DNA of 64,000 nucleotides from a bacterium (GCA_030700025.1 JAUYKI010000006.1:13428-77427), one strand, 5' to 3'; positions 37,512 through 48,373 are shown, counted from the first letter of the stretch. The notes: generated by a model from the sequence alone, not told the origin. Translations and numbers: made by a program.

Positions 37512-37655
37512 ATGAGCGGAAGGAAGTGGGTGGCCTTGCTGGCGGCGGCGGCCTGGGTGGCGGTTTTTGCGGTTGGCGCTGCCGGCGCATTCTGGACTTT
37601 CTTTGTTGGCTTGATAGCAATTTGCCTGAGTTGTTTATTGATTGCGATTTGGTAA
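37512..37655 (+). CDS. 47-aa hydrophobic small protein (below the ORF-track cutoff)
   Basis: aaggaggt SD, MSGRKWVALLAAAAWVAVFAVG...IAIW*, then gctccg-ttt-cggagc-tttttt terminator. Confidence 0.65.
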   Translation: MSGRKWVALLAAAAWVAVFAVGAAGAFWTFFVGLIAICLSCLLIAIW

Positions 37656-37748
37656 GCTCCGTTTCGGAGCTTTTTTGTGCTTGACAAGACATTATAGTAT
37701 ATGTTAATATATCCGCAGTAGTTTGAGAGCGAAAAAGGAGGATAGAAG

Positions 37749-38060
37749 ATGGATAGAAAGATGTTGTTGGCGGCGCTGATCGCGCTTGTGTTGGCGCTTG
37801 GGGCTGGGTGCTCATTGGGCGTTGGGGTTTTGGCATCGCTACGCTATTTTGCCATGTTGCTTCTGTATGTGGGAGGATTGCTACTGGTAATGGCCCCACT
37901 CGTCGCTGTAGCATATTTAGTAACGCAATCGAAGTTGGATTCTACATCCTCAATATTGTGTGGGGTTGTGTTAGTTATGGCAAGCCTGATCGCTACTATA
38001 TTTTTAGTCGTAACTTATTGGGTGCTCCTTCTAAAATGGTGCACCGTTCAGTCCCTGTAA
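37749..38060 (+). CDS. Small three-TM membrane protein
   Basis: aaggagg SD, TTGACA promoter at 37681. Confidence 0.7.
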   Translation: MDRKMLLAALIALVLALGAGCSLGVGVLASLRYFAMLLLYVGGLLLVMAPLVAVAYLVTQSKLDSTSSILCGVVLVMASLIATIFLVVTYWVLLLKWCTVQSL

Positions 38061-38109
38061 AAGGGACTTTTTTATTTTCCTAAATTTGTGTACAATTAGA
38101 TTTATATTT

Positions 38110-39495
38110 ATGAGAACTTTTGTTTCCGAAATTATAAATAAAGAAAGCCAAAAAGTTGAGCTGATTGGCTGGGTAAATGTCCGCCGAGACCACGGCAAGC
38201 TGATTTTTATTGATTTGCGGGACAAAAGCGGCGTTTGCCAGGTGGTTTTTATCGGCAAGGCGCTTTATGAAAAAGCCAATCCTTTGCGTTCCGAATGGCT
38301 GGTTAAAGTTACCGGACAAGTGAATAAACGGCCGGCGAATATGGTGAATAAGGATTTAATTACCGGCGAGCATGAAGTAACCGCGGAAGATCTGGAAATT
38401 TTATCGGAATCTAAAACTCCGCCTTTTGATTTAACCGGCGACGGATTGGAAATAGACGAAGAAATCCGGTCCCAGTACCGTTATTTGGATTTGCGTCGGG
38501 AAAGGCTTCAGAAAAATTTAGCGCTTCGGCATAAGGTCAGCGTTTTAGCGAGGGAGTATTTGAACAAAAACGATTTTATAGAAATTGAAACTCCGACTTT
38601 AACTAAAACTTCGCCGGAAGGAGCGCGGGATTTTTTGGTGCCGTCCCGTTTTCATCCGGGAAAATTTTACGCTCTTCCGCAGGCGCCTCAGCAGTATAAA
38701 CAGCTTTTAATGATTGCCGGCTTTGAGCGTTATTATCAGCTGGCGCATGCTTTCCGCGATGAGGACCTCCGGGGCGACCGGCAGTTTGAACACACCCAAA
38801 TAGACATGGAAATGTCTTTTGTCTCCGAACAGGATATCCGAGATATGGCGGAAGGAATGATGATTTATATCGCGGAGAATTGCGGAAAAAAGGTTCTGCA
38901 AAAGCCGTTTCCGGTATTTACCCACGAAGAGGCTATGCAAAAATTCGGCGCGGATAAGTTTGATTTGCGGGAAGATAAAAATGACAATAATACCCTGGCT
39001 TTTGCCTGGGTGGTAGATTTTCCGCTTTTTGATAAAGACGAAGAAACTAAGAAATTAACCTTTGCCCATAACCCGTTTTCCGCGCCCAAGCCGGAACACG
39101 TGGAAAAATTAATGGCGGGGGAGGACTTGGAACATTTGCGCGCCCAGCAATATGATTTAGTTTGTAACGGCTTGGAAATGGCTTCCGGCGGAGTTCGGAT
39201 TTCCGATCCTAAGGTTCAGCGGAAAGTTTTTGAAATAATGGGCTTAACTCCGGAACAAACCGAGGCGCGATTCGGCCACTTAATCAACGCTTATGAATAC
39301 GGAGCGCCGCCGCATGCCGGCATTGCTCCGGGACTGGACCGGCTGGTAACGGTTCTGGCCGGAGAAAAAAGCATCCGGGAAGTGATTGCTTTTCCGGTAA
39401 GCGCCCACGGCCGGACTTCGGTTATGGATGCGCCGTCCGAGGTGGATAAAAAACAATTGGACGAACTAGGGCTTGAAATAAAGAAGAAAAAGTAA
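38110..39495 (+). CDS. aspS: Aspartyl-tRNA synthetase (short, lacking the GAD insertion)
   Basis: RRDHGKLIFIDLRD, YRYLDLR, PEGARDFLVP, FRDEDLRGDRQ, GAPPHAGIAPGLDR. Confidence 0.96.
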   Translation: MRTFVSEIINKESQKVELIGWVNVRRDHGKLIFIDLRDKSGVCQVVFIGKALYEKANPLRSEWLVKVTGQVNKRPANMVNKDLITGEHEVTAEDLEILSESKTPPFDLTGDGLEIDEEIRSQYRYLDLRRERLQKNLALRHKVSVLAREYLNKNDFIEIETPTLTKTSPEGARDFLVPSRFHPGKFYALPQAPQQYKQLLMIAGFERYYQLAHAFRDEDLRGDRQFEHTQIDMEMSFVSEQDIRDMAEGMMIYIAENCGKKVLQKPFPVFTHEEAMQKFGADKFDLREDKNDNNTLAFAWVVDFPLFDKDEETKKLTFAHNPFSAPKPEHVEKLMAGEDLEHLRAQQYDLVCNGLEMASGGVRISDPKVQRKVFEIMGLTPEQTEARFGHLINAYEYGAPPHAGIAPGLDRLVTVLAGEKSIREVIAFPVSAHGRTSVMDAPSEVDKKQLDELGLEIKKKK

Positions 39496-39510
39496 TAAGA
39501 TTTTCACATT

Positions 39511-40098
39511 ATGAAATTAAAAGAAGAACAAACATTAGTATTAATAAAACCGGATGGCGTGAAGCGGGGATTGATCGGTGAGATTATGAAGCGAATTGAG
39601 CAGCGCGGATTAAAAATTATCGCGATTCAGATGACGCAAGCGACCAAGCCAATGCTTTTGAAGCATTATTCTGATTCCAAAGAAAATTTGGCAGCGATGG
39701 GGAATAAAACCCTGGCGACTTATCAAAAGTACGGCTTGGATCCGGTCAAAGAAATTGGCACCAATGATCCGGTTAAAATCGGTAAAATGGTTCACGGGTG
39801 GATTGTGGAGTTTATATCCTCAGGGCCGATTGTTAAAATGGTGGTTGAGGGAATTCACGCGGTGGACATGGTTCGCAAGATTATGGGCAATACCATACCG
39901 GCAATTGCGGATATGGGCACGATTCGCGGCGATTATTCCATTGATTCTCCGATTCTCGCCAATGCCCAGAAACGGGGCATAAGAAACGTAGCTCATGCCT
40001 CCGGCAATGTTGCCGAAGCCGAGCTGGAAATCAATCTTTGGTTTAAGCCGGAGGAAATCCATTCCTACAAGCGAGCCGAAGAAGATATTATGTTTTAA
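39511..40098 (+). CDS. ndk: Nucleoside diphosphate kinase
   Basis: TLVLIKPDGV.RGLIG, SGP, GTIRGD, RNVAHAS. Confidence 0.95.
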   Translation: MKLKEEQTLVLIKPDGVKRGLIGEIMKRIEQRGLKIIAIQMTQATKPMLLKHYSDSKENLAAMGNKTLATYQKYGLDPVKEIGTNDPVKIGKMVHGWIVEFISSGPIVKMVVEGIHAVDMVRKIMGNTIPAIADMGTIRGDYSIDSPILANAQKRGIRNVAHASGNVAEAELEINLWFKPEEIHSYKRAEEDIMF

Positions 40099-40100
40099 AT

Positions 40101-40128
40101 AAAAAAGCTCGGCATTGCCGAGCTTTTT
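40101..40128 (+). terminator. Intrinsic terminator (bidirectional-type)
   Basis: aaaaaagctcggc-att-gccgagcttttt. Confidence 0.75.
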
Positions 40129-40282
40129 AGTTTCTTAAAAAAGAAAGCCCCCCTCTAATTTATCCCGGCTAAAACCAGGTGGGTGAGCTCAATTTTAGCC
40201 CAAGGGCTAAAATGCTATTGCTCTCCCTTGATAAATTATAATCCGGAAAAAGAGTGGGACCTTCTATAATCATTATAGCATA

Positions 40283-40422
40283 CCCAGTACTACAATAAAG
40301 ATTGCTTGCGGTACGTGGAGCTGACATCAAAAAATAAATTTAATGTTTTTATCGATAAAATACCCGATATTAACTTAATCATATTCCGCAAGAATAGCTC
40401 TTATCTTTGTTGTAGTACTGGG
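40283..40422. mobile_element. MITE-like unit with ~20-bp TIRs
   Basis: cccagtactacaataaagat ... atctttgttgtagtactggg. Confidence 0.6.
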
Positions 40423-40438
40423 CATATTGAGGGGGTTA

Positions 40439-42778
40439 TTACCGCCGGCTTAATTTTCTGATAAACCGTTCCCAAAACGCCTCGGCAATTCCTTGGTGCC
40501 CCTTAACGATCATTAAAGAGGCGTCCATATGCTTAGAAAGCATTTCCGGGACATTGCCAAACCGGATTTCTTTCAGGAACTTAGGCCGCGAGGCCGTAAT
40601 CAGAACGGTGTCCACGCCCGCCCTTTTGACCTCTTCAATAATCGCAGTGACGACGGATTTGTCTTTAAAGAATTCTATTTTATTAAAATCTTTTTTCTTT
40701 AAGCCGAGCGGTTTTAGCATTAATGATGGGTCGGGTTTGAGATAAAAGGGGACTTCGGTTTTTAAAATGCTTAAAAATTCAGTTTGAGGTTTAAAGTAAT
40801 TAACTAAGCCGGTAAAGATTTCTCCGGCGGCGGGCAAGTAGGGATTATTGGCGGCGGGATCGGCGGCAACGAGCAAGGATTTAATTTGACTAGGCTGTTT
40901 GACCACCAAAAGATCGCATTTGGATTCACGAAGAATCCGGTCAATCTTACTGCCGAAAACTGTTCCTTTGGTTTGGGTATAGCCTTCCCAATTAAGGATC
41001 AAAAGGTCGCAATCCTCCATTTTTACGATATCTAAAATAATATCCACTACGTCCCGGCCAACCATGATAAGGTTATGCAGATTGATATCTTTCCCGATAC
41101 CCGGAGTTTTTTGATTAAATTCTTCGGCCCAAATTTTAATGTCTTCAAAAGTCTGGCGGTCGTGTTTTACATTGGCGCCGGTGGTCAGGGGAATAGACGG
41201 ATGAACTTCGTGGACGATTACAAAAATAATTTCGCCGTTGAGATGGCTGGCCAGCGCGAAAGCAATTTCAGAAAGATTTTTCAATTCCTCTTTCGAGATG
41301 TCCGGCGCGATCGGCAATAAAATCCGTTTGCCGGTTTTTGGGCCGACCCGGATAGCTTCTTCGTAAATAATTTCTTTTTCAAATTGCTCGCGGCTTTGCG
41401 CTTGGGCGTAAGAAAAATAATTTACCAGCCCGATTAACGCCCAGACAATAGTTATCACCCAGGCAGTCAGATTAATTTGGAGCATGGTAATGGCAAGAGC
41501 GGCGTAAATAATAATCGCCAGCATCGGAGTAACCGGAAAAAACGGTATTTTATAATTCCATTTTATTTTTGGCCAGCGAAAATGGATATTGATGCCGGCA
41601 ATATTCAATTGCAGAAAAAGCAGGACGAAAACCAAGCTGGCGGCGGCGGCAACATCAAATAACGGCAAAGACAGAACCATAATCGCGATTAATATAGTAG
41701 AGGCGACAATCGCGACATGAGGGGTAAGATTTTTTAAATGAATTTGGGAAAGCCGAGACCAGATATTTTTGTCTCTGGCCAGCGCGAAAGAAACATGGCT
41801 GGAGGAGTAGATGGTGGCATTCAGCGCGGCGAGATTAGCTAATAATCCGCCGACTACCATAATGAATCCGCCGAAGGGCATAAATTGGCTGGCGGACTTC
41901 ACAATCGCGCCTTCGCCAAAAGAACTAAGCAGTTCGCCGATGGCGGTTCCTTCTTGCGTAACAGTGGCGCCTACCATAATTAAGCTGACTAAAATATAAA
42001 AAAGCGCGACAACGCCCCAAGAACTAAGCAGGCCAATTTTTAAATCGCGTTTTGGATTTTTAGTTTCTTCACTGGCTTGAACTTGGATTTCTGAACCTTC
42101 AAAAGCGATATAGAAAAATGCCGTGGCGGCAATTATTCCGAGCAAACCGGACGGCAGAAGCGGGGTGAAATTAACTAATGGCTGGGGAGAAGTAAAAATT
42201 TTATAAGCGCCAAAACCGATGAATAAAGTCAGAATAGTTATTAAACAGGCGGTAATATAATTACTGGCCTTGCCGGTAGTTTTGGTTCCGCGCCAATTGA
42301 TATAGCCGAAAATTAATACCGCAACCGCGGCGATTATTTTTTCATTAGAAAACCATTCAAGATTAAAGCCGAGATGGAATTTAAACCCGATAATTTGCAA
42401 AAATTGGTGGGCGTAAAAACCAAAGCTTAGCGCGTAAACTCCGCAAGCCGCGGCATGGGCAAACCAATCCAGCCAGCCGGCTAAAAATCCCTGGAAATTT
42501 CCCAGTCCTTTTCTGACCCAATTGTATCCGCCGCCGGCTTCCGGAAAAGTAGTTCCTAGTGCCAAATACATTTGTAAGTTTAAAAAAGCTACGCCGGCGC
42601 CGAGAATCATGGATAAAAATAATCCCGGGCCGACTAATCCGGCCGCCGGACCGAGTAAGGTAAAAATTCCTCCACCAAGCAGGGCGCCGATGCCCAGCAT
42701 TGTAATTGATCCCGGACCAAGGGTCCGAGCAAGAGTTATGTGGGTAGGATTTTCTAAATTCGGCTCTTGATGAGACAT
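40439..42778 (-). CDS. APC-family amino acid permease fused to two USP-like domains
   Basis: GALLGGGIF, FPEAGGGY, FEGSE...EE.KNP, 12 TM; C-terminal FGSKIDRILRESKCDLLVVK, FGNVPE. Confidence 0.9.
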   Translation of the reverse strand: MSHQEPNLENPTHITLARTLGPGSITMLGIGALLGGGIFTLLGPAAGLVGPGLFLSMILGAGVAFLNLQMYLALGTTFPEAGGGYNWVRKGLGNFQGFLAGWLDWFAHAAACGVYALSFGFYAHQFLQIIGFKFHLGFNLEWFSNEKIIAAVAVLIFGYINWRGTKTTGKASNYITACLITILTLFIGFGAYKIFTSPQPLVNFTPLLPSGLLGIIAATAFFYIAFEGSEIQVQASEETKNPKRDLKIGLLSSWGVVALFYILVSLIMVGATVTQEGTAIGELLSSFGEGAIVKSASQFMPFGGFIMVVGGLLANLAALNATIYSSSHVSFALARDKNIWSRLSQIHLKNLTPHVAIVASTILIAIMVLSLPLFDVAAAASLVFVLLFLQLNIAGINIHFRWPKIKWNYKIPFFPVTPMLAIIIYAALAITMLQINLTAWVITIVWALIGLVNYFSYAQAQSREQFEKEIIYEEAIRVGPKTGKRILLPIAPDISKEELKNLSEIAFALASHLNGEIIFVIVHEVHPSIPLTTGANVKHDRQTFEDIKIWAEEFNQKTPGIGKDINLHNLIMVGRDVVDIILDIVKMEDCDLLILNWEGYTQTKGTVFGSKIDRILRESKCDLLVVKQPSQIKSLLVAADPAANNPYLPAAGEIFTGLVNYFKPQTEFLSILKTEVPFYLKPDPSLMLKPLGLKKKDFNKIEFFKDKSVVTAIIEEVKRAGVDTVLITASRPKFLKEIRFGNVPEMLSKHMDASLMIVKGHQGIAEAFWERFIRKLSRR

Positions 42779-42813
42779 AAATACTATCTTAACATATCAG
42801 AGAGTATAAAAAT

Positions 42814-42884
42814 CAGGGTATAGAATAATGGTAGTTCGCACCCTTGGGGTGGGTGTGGCCCCGGTTCGATTCCGGGTACCCTGA
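42814..42884 (+). tRNA. tRNA-Pro(GGG)
   Basis: cagggta/taccctg acceptor, caccc-ttGGGgt-gggtg anticodon arm, ccggttcgattccgg T arm. Confidence 0.9.
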
Positions 42885-42977
42885 CATGAGTTTTGAATCG
42901 TCCCAAAAAAGCCATGCCTACCAGCAGGCAGGAACAATTTAATTTTCCGGAAGGATTAACTCCGGAGGTATTTAAGC

Positions 42978-44138
42978 CTATTTCCTAATTAGGCCAGGCA
43001 TTTTAGTTTTTGCGGCTGTGGTAAAAATCGCTATCAGCGCGGCGTGCCGGATTAATACAAATGGGATCGTGTAGTAAAAGTATTTAATATCATGGCCCAA
43101 AAAGAACCAGGGCAGGATCAGGAATAGCGACGCCAGATTGGAAAATTCTAAAGTATAGAACCAGCTTAATTTTGGCGCCGGCAGAAGAACGAAAAACGGC
43201 AGAAGCCAAAGCAAGTATTGAGGCGAAAAAACTTTATTGGTTAATAAGAAAAGCAGAGTGCCCAAAAAACAAAGCTTCAAGATATTTTCCCGGCTGTATT
43301 TTATTAACACCCAAAGATAGCTGAACGCGAAAAGCAGAAGCGACAGGGTATTGATGGCCGGGACATCTAATCCGCGAAAAAGAAATCGCCCGATAGTCCA
43401 GATATTATCCGGATTGGAATCGCGCAGACTGTTTAGGATAAAGAAATACGACCAGCCATTAAAGTTTAAAAGCGCAAAAGGCAGATTGACTACTACGGCG
43501 GTAACAATAAAAATCCCAGCTATTCTAATGTTCTTAAGAACATTAGAATAGTTTTTGAGCAGTAAAGGAGCGAGATAAATTATCGGGAAAAATTTGCTGG
43601 CAAAGCCTAAGGCCAGGAAAAATGACGCCCAGCCGTTTTTCTCCTTTTGCATAAAATAAAAAGCGGTGACGGTAAAAAGCAGGGCGAGCAAATCCCAGTT
43701 ATAAACCGCGAAGAAAATCATGGACGGAGCGAAAATCCAAAAAGTAAAAATCTTTTTCTGGTTTTCCGGACTCGTCCTGAGTTGAGCCGAAGGGCTTGCC
43801 ATGAGCCCGCCGAATGGAGCAGTTATTTTCCCCAGGATATAGGTAGCGGCGACAGCCAAAGCTATTAAAAAGGCAGAACCCCAAAAATAATAAGCTGTCC
43901 GGCCTTTCCCGATTATTCCCATGAGCTGGATGAAAACTCCGGTAATAACCGGATATTCCATTAACTTATCTATATAGGGAAAGCCCGGAGCGGAAACCCG
44001 GTCATAAAATCCCAGAACATCGCTGAAAACAATATGCCAGGGTACGCCCTTGATTAATCCCAGGCCGTGGAAGGCGGCCGAAACAAGGCCAATCAAAATT
44101 ATCGTCGGCAACAGATACGAATTTAATTTAAACGGCAT
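42978..44138 (-). CDS. GT87/DUF2029-like GT-C membrane glycosyltransferase
   Basis: MEYP, NWDLL, LGFASKFFP, KVFSPQYLLW; ~10 TM. Confidence 0.85.
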   Translation of the reverse strand: MPFKLNSYLLPTIILIGLVSAAFHGLGLIKGVPWHIVFSDVLGFYDRVSAPGFPYIDKLMEYPVITGVFIQLMGIIGKGRTAYYFWGSAFLIALAVAATYILGKITAPFGGLMASPSAQLRTSPENQKKIFTFWIFAPSMIFFAVYNWDLLALLFTVTAFYFMQKEKNGWASFFLALGFASKFFPIIYLAPLLLKNYSNVLKNIRIAGIFIVTAVVVNLPFALLNFNGWSYFFILNSLRDSNPDNIWTIGRFLFRGLDVPAINTLSLLLFAFSYLWVLIKYSRENILKLCFLGTLLFLLTNKVFSPQYLLWLLPFFVLLPAPKLSWFYTLEFSNLASLFLILPWFFLGHDIKYFYYTIPFVLIRHAALIAIFTTAAKTKMPGLIRK

Positions 44139-44161
44139 TATTCAATAATAACAAAAATCCG

Positions 44162-44356
44162 CTATTTTTTAGCGGATTTTTTGAATGATCGCAAGCATTT
44201 TACGCAAAGCTTAAATCGCCCGGGCTTGCCTGGCATTATGCCCCATTGAAGATTCGGTTGCTTTTTAGTGCGGGCAGTCGGGTTGTAATGGCCGCGCAAT
44301 AATTTACGAGTGCCGCCCATCATATAGCTTTTGGCGCAATTAGTACACTGTCTCAT
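44162..44356 (-). CDS. rpmB: 50S ribosomal protein L28
   Basis: MRQCTNC...RTKKQPNLQW...LCVKCLR; start set at ATG 44356. Confidence 0.85.
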   Translation of the reverse strand: MRQCTNCAKSYMMGGTRKLLRGHYNPTARTKKQPNLQWGIMPGKPGRFKLCVKCLRSFKKSAKK

Positions 44357-44391
44357 AGAGATTAGGATATAAGGTATAAAAAAATTAGTCA

Positions 44392-44527
44392 ATCCCACAC
44401 ATAACTGCGATTTAATCCCCAAAGCCGTGAAGTTTGGCAATAAGGCTTAGTTTTTAGCTATTGGCTTAATAAACAACGAACAACCCCTGGGATTAACTAG
44501 CTTTGCAATCGCAGTTATGAGTGGGAT
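44392..44527. mobile_element. MITE-like unit related to 7082/11475
   Basis: atcccacacataactgcgatt ... aatcgcagttatgagtgggat. Confidence 0.65.
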
Positions 44528-44570
44528 CAACCCCGCAAAAAAAAATAAAAAACTCCGAACTAATCGGAGT

Positions 44571-45347
44571 TTAATCGTTATGAAAAGCAGTATTTACTTT
44601 ACGCCGCTGGCAATCCGGGCAAAGATCTTTTTCGTGGCGGAACGCGCGGTCGAATCCCAGCGGGCCGGCAATCCAAGCATGGCCTCCCTCAATACTAAGG
44701 CAATCGCGAAGTATTTCCCGGAATTCATTTTCGGGCATTTTGGTCGTTTGGAATACGGTGTTTAAATCGCTCGTCATCTTTTTGACCCAGTCGTCTTGCG
44801 CCTGCCATTCATTGGGTAGCGTGTTTTTGGGAGTTTCTAAGTCCAATCTTTTCTTGAGAGTTTGGCAAGTAAATCGATAACAAATGCGCGGACGGCTTTC
44901 TTTTAATATACAGCCGGCCTTTCCCAGGAAAACGCACTTATATCCCTCGGACGCATAATTAGTTCCAGTCCCGGGTTCCACCGATCGGCAAGTATTCTGA
45001 CTCAAGAATTCAAAGTCCGGCATCGGCAAGGTAAAATTCGGATTTTCCATGATCAATCGGATTAAGTGAACCGCTGTCAGCGGCGAACCGCCTTGATAAC
45101 AGCATTGGCTGCATGGACTGCAGATGGCGATGGCTTTTGGATTGGAAAATAATTTCAAATGAGTTTGCCGTTCGGCTTCCAATTCTGGCGGAAGCGGGGT
45201 AATTTTCTTCCGATGCTCATTAATAAAGATCCGGAGGAATTCAGTAAATTCCCGGAGTTTTTGGAAATATTCACGGTAAGTTTCCGGCGTCATGGGTTTA
45301 CTCCTATTAAGCTTTGGAGAGCTGCGCATATTGTACCTATAAGTCAT
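44571..45347 (-). CDS. Cys-cluster protein (YkgJ/Fe-S-like); start uncertain
   Basis: CSPCSQCC, CVFL...GCIL..SRPRIC..F.C. Confidence 0.7.
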   Translation of the reverse strand: MTYRYNMRSSPKLNRSKPMTPETYREYFQKLREFTEFLRIFINEHRKKITPLPPELEAERQTHLKLFSNPKAIAICSPCSQCCYQGGSPLTAVHLIRLIMENPNFTLPMPDFEFLSQNTCRSVEPGTGTNYASEGYKCVFLGKAGCILKESRPRICYRFTCQTLKKRLDLETPKNTLPNEWQAQDDWVKKMTSDLNTVFQTTKMPENEFREILRDCLSIEGGHAWIAGPLGFDRAFRHEKDLCPDCQRRKVNTAFHND

Positions 45348-45394
45348 TGCCAGGTCAACGGTTTAGGTTTATGATAAAAATAAATTAAAGCATT

Positions 45395-47122
45395 ATGGCA
45401 GACAGCACTATTGAACTTATCAAAAGCAAATTAGATATAGTGGATTTTTTGCGGGGATATTTAAAGTTGGTTCCGGCTGGAAAGAACTACAAAGCCGTCT
45501 GCCCATTCCATAAAGAAAAATCCCCGTCGTTTATGATTTCTCCGGACCGGGGAATCTGGCATTGTTTCGGATGCAGCGCCGGCGGCGATGTTATTAAGTT
45601 CGTAATGCAGTATGAAAATCTGGAATTTTATGACGCGCTTAAAATTTTGGCGGAAAAAGCCGGAATAGAATTAAAATCCATCGTTAACCGCGACTTTCAC
45701 GCCCATAACGTTTTATATAAGGCGCTGGAGGCGGCGAAAGAATTTTTTAAAAACCAATTGGCGAATTCGCCGGAATCCCGGAAATATTTTTTGGACCGCG
45801 GATTGAAATCGGAAACTATCGCGGAGTTTGAGCTGGGATTGGCGCCGGCCGGCCAGGACGTATTATTGCGCGGTTTATTAAAAGCGGGATTTAATGTCGT
45901 TGACTTGGAACGCGCTGGCCTGGTTTTAAAAACTGACAGGGGAACTTATTGGGACCGCTTCCGGGAACGGCTGATGTTTCCTATTCATAATCATTTAGGA
46001 AAAGTGGTGGGATTTACCGGGCGGGTATTGCCGGGCCGGGAAAGCGACAAAGTAGGCAAGTACGTTAACAGTCCGGAAACGCCGGTTTTCCAAAAGTCTA
46101 AAATTCTTTACGGATTTTATAAAACTAAAAATGACATCCGTCAAAATAATTCGGCTGTTTTAGTGGAGGGGCAGATGGATTTTTTGATGTCCTGGCAAAG
46201 CGGAGTAAAAAATATAGTGGCAACTTCCGGAACCGCTTTGACGGCAGATCATTTAGCGGCGCTGAGGCGATTGGCGGATAGCGCGGTAATGGGCTTTGAT
46301 GCGGATGACGCCGGCATTGCCGCGGCGGAACGGGCCGTAGACATGGCCGGAGCCTCGGATTTTAATACCAAAGTTTTAATGCTGGGCGGATTTAAAGATC
46401 CGGCGGATTTGGCGGAAAAGGATCCGGTTAAATTAAAAGAAGCGGTTGCCAGCGCTTTGCCGGCAATGCAATATTATTTTTATAAATATCTGAATGCCTT
46501 GCGGAATGACCAGATTATTGAGAAGAAGCGGGGGATCCGCATGGTCTTGTCAAAGATCGCCGGACTTTCCAGCGCGGTGGAGCGGTCATATTGGCTTAAA
46601 GAATTGGCTAGCCTGACGGCAATTGAAGAATCGGCATTGGCCGAAGAAATGTCGTCGGTTAAAACAGCGGACGTAGGGATCGGAGCGGTTAAAGCAGAAA
46701 CTCCCCAAGACCCGATTTTACGCAAAGATTTAATTTGCCAGAGAATTATCGCTCTTTCCCTTAATCATGATGAATTACGCGGTTTAACCGAAGCTTATTT
46801 GGAATATTTTCCGCCTTTATATAAAGGAGCGGCAGTTAAGCTTTTAAACGCATCGGGAGTGGATAGCGAAGAGGTTTCCGCGGAAGGATTATCCAGCGCC
46901 GTTACGCTGATTAGTCTTCGGTCCAGTTTGGACGCCGGGGAGGCGGATCATAAAAAGCTTAATGCGGAGTTTCAAGACCTTTTACGCCAGTTAAAAATTG
47001 AGTTTTTAAAGGAAAAAAGGCAAAAAGTCCGATTAGCCATGGCATCCGTGAAAAACGAGGAAGAAGAGTCTAAATTATTGGAGGAACACCGCTTGGTTGA
47101 CCAGGAGCTTCAGAAGTTGTAA
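45395..47122 (+). CDS. dnaG: DNA primase
   Basis: CPFH.EKSPSF...CFGC, KYVNSPET, VEGQMD, GFDADDAG. Confidence 0.98.
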   Translation: MADSTIELIKSKLDIVDFLRGYLKLVPAGKNYKAVCPFHKEKSPSFMISPDRGIWHCFGCSAGGDVIKFVMQYENLEFYDALKILAEKAGIELKSIVNRDFHAHNVLYKALEAAKEFFKNQLANSPESRKYFLDRGLKSETIAEFELGLAPAGQDVLLRGLLKAGFNVVDLERAGLVLKTDRGTYWDRFRERLMFPIHNHLGKVVGFTGRVLPGRESDKVGKYVNSPETPVFQKSKILYGFYKTKNDIRQNNSAVLVEGQMDFLMSWQSGVKNIVATSGTALTADHLAALRRLADSAVMGFDADDAGIAAAERAVDMAGASDFNTKVLMLGGFKDPADLAEKDPVKLKEAVASALPAMQYYFYKYLNALRNDQIIEKKRGIRMVLSKIAGLSSAVERSYWLKELASLTAIEESALAEEMSSVKTADVGIGAVKAETPQDPILRKDLICQRIIALSLNHDELRGLTEAYLEYFPPLYKGAAVKLLNASGVDSEEVSAEGLSSAVTLISLRSSLDAGEADHKKLNAEFQDLLRQLKIEFLKEKRQKVRLAMASVKNEEEESKLLEEHRLVDQELQKL

Positions 47123-47169
47123 AATAGAGGGTAATAGCCTCCCTATAGTCACTGGGAGGTTTTAATCTT

Positions 47170-48372
47170 ATGTCGGCAAAAAAACACAAAAAGAAGCCTA
47201 TAAAAAAGAAAAAAGCCGTTAAAAAGTCAAAAAAACACGCCCCTAAGCGGGTTAAATCCGGCGGCAAAAAATCGGCTAAGCCCAAGTCAGCGGCGAAAAC
47301 CGCTTCCGATGAAGTAACCCTGGATGAATTAATTGAACGCGGCCGGGGCCGGGGCTTTGTTACGGACACTGAAGTTCTGCATTTTTTTCCGCGCATTGAA
47401 GACGATGTGAGTTTTTTGGAGGAAATTTATAACAAGCTGGAAAAAGCCAATATTAAAGTTGTGGAAACTAGCCAGCTTATTACTTTGCCGAAAGAAGAAG
47501 AGGTGGGAGAAAAAGAATTGGAACGCGCGACTCAGCCGGAAGGATTGCCGGATTCGGTACAAATGTATTTGAAAGAAATCGGCAAGACGCCGCTTTTAAC
47601 CCGCGAGGAAGAAAAAGAATTAGCCAAACGGTGCGAAAGAGGAGATAAAGAAGCGCGCATTAAATTTATGAAAGCGAATTTGCGGCTGGTGGTTTCTATT
47701 GCCAAGCGCTACGTTAACCGCAGTCCGAACTTAAGCATTTTAGATTTAATCCAAGAGGGAAATATCGGTTTGTCCCGCGCGGTGGAAAAGTTTGATTACC
47801 GCCGGGGTTTTAAATTTTCTACTTACGCGACTTGGTGGATCCGACAGGCCATTACTCGGGCACTGGCAGACCAGTCCCGGACCATCCGGATTCCGGTCCA
47901 TATGGTGGAGACTATTTCTAAATATACGCAGGTCAAGCGGAGATTGATCCAGGAATTGGGCCGCGAACCGCTGGCGGAAGAAATTGCCATTGAAATGAGC
48001 ATGCCGGTGGAAAAAATACACCACATTCAGAAAATTTCCCAGGACGTTATTTCGCTGGAAGCGCCGGTAGGTGAAGACGACGAAGATTCCACCTTGTCGG
48101 AATTTATTGAAGACGTCCATAGTCTGACTCCTTCACAAATCGCTTCCAGCGCCTTATTGAAAGAAAGGATCACCGAAATTCTGGTGGACCTTACGCCCAG
48201 GGAGCAGAAGATTTTACAGATGCGTTTTGGTTTGGAAGACGGCATCACTCACACCTTGGAAGAGGTGGGCAAAGAGTTTGGAGTTACGCGGGAAAGAATC
48301 CGGCAGATTGAAGCCAAGGCATTGGCGCGCATCAAGTCCCACGAAAAGTCGCATCTCATCGAGGGCTACTAA
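47170..48372 (+). CDS. rpoD: Primary sigma factor RpoD/SigA with Lys-rich N-terminal tail
   Basis: [48 protein letters not shown]. Confidence 0.98.
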   Translation: MSAKKHKKKPIKKKKAVKKSKKHAPKRVKSGGKKSAKPKSAAKTASDEVTLDELIERGRGRGFVTDTEVLHFFPRIEDDVSFLEEIYNKLEKANIKVVETSQLITLPKEEEVGEKELERATQPEGLPDSVQMYLKEIGKTPLLTREEEKELAKRCERGDKEARIKFMKANLRLVVSIAKRYVNRSPNLSILDLIQEGNIGLSRAVEKFDYRRGFKFSTYATWWIRQAITRALADQSRTIRIPVHMVETISKYTQVKRRLIQELGREPLAEEIAIEMSMPVEKIHHIQKISQDVISLEAPVGEDDEDSTLSEFIEDVHSLTPSQIASSALLKERITEILVDLTPREQKILQMRFGLEDGITHTLEEVGKEFGVTRERIRQIEAKALARIKSHEKSHLIEGY

Positions 48373-48373
48373 G

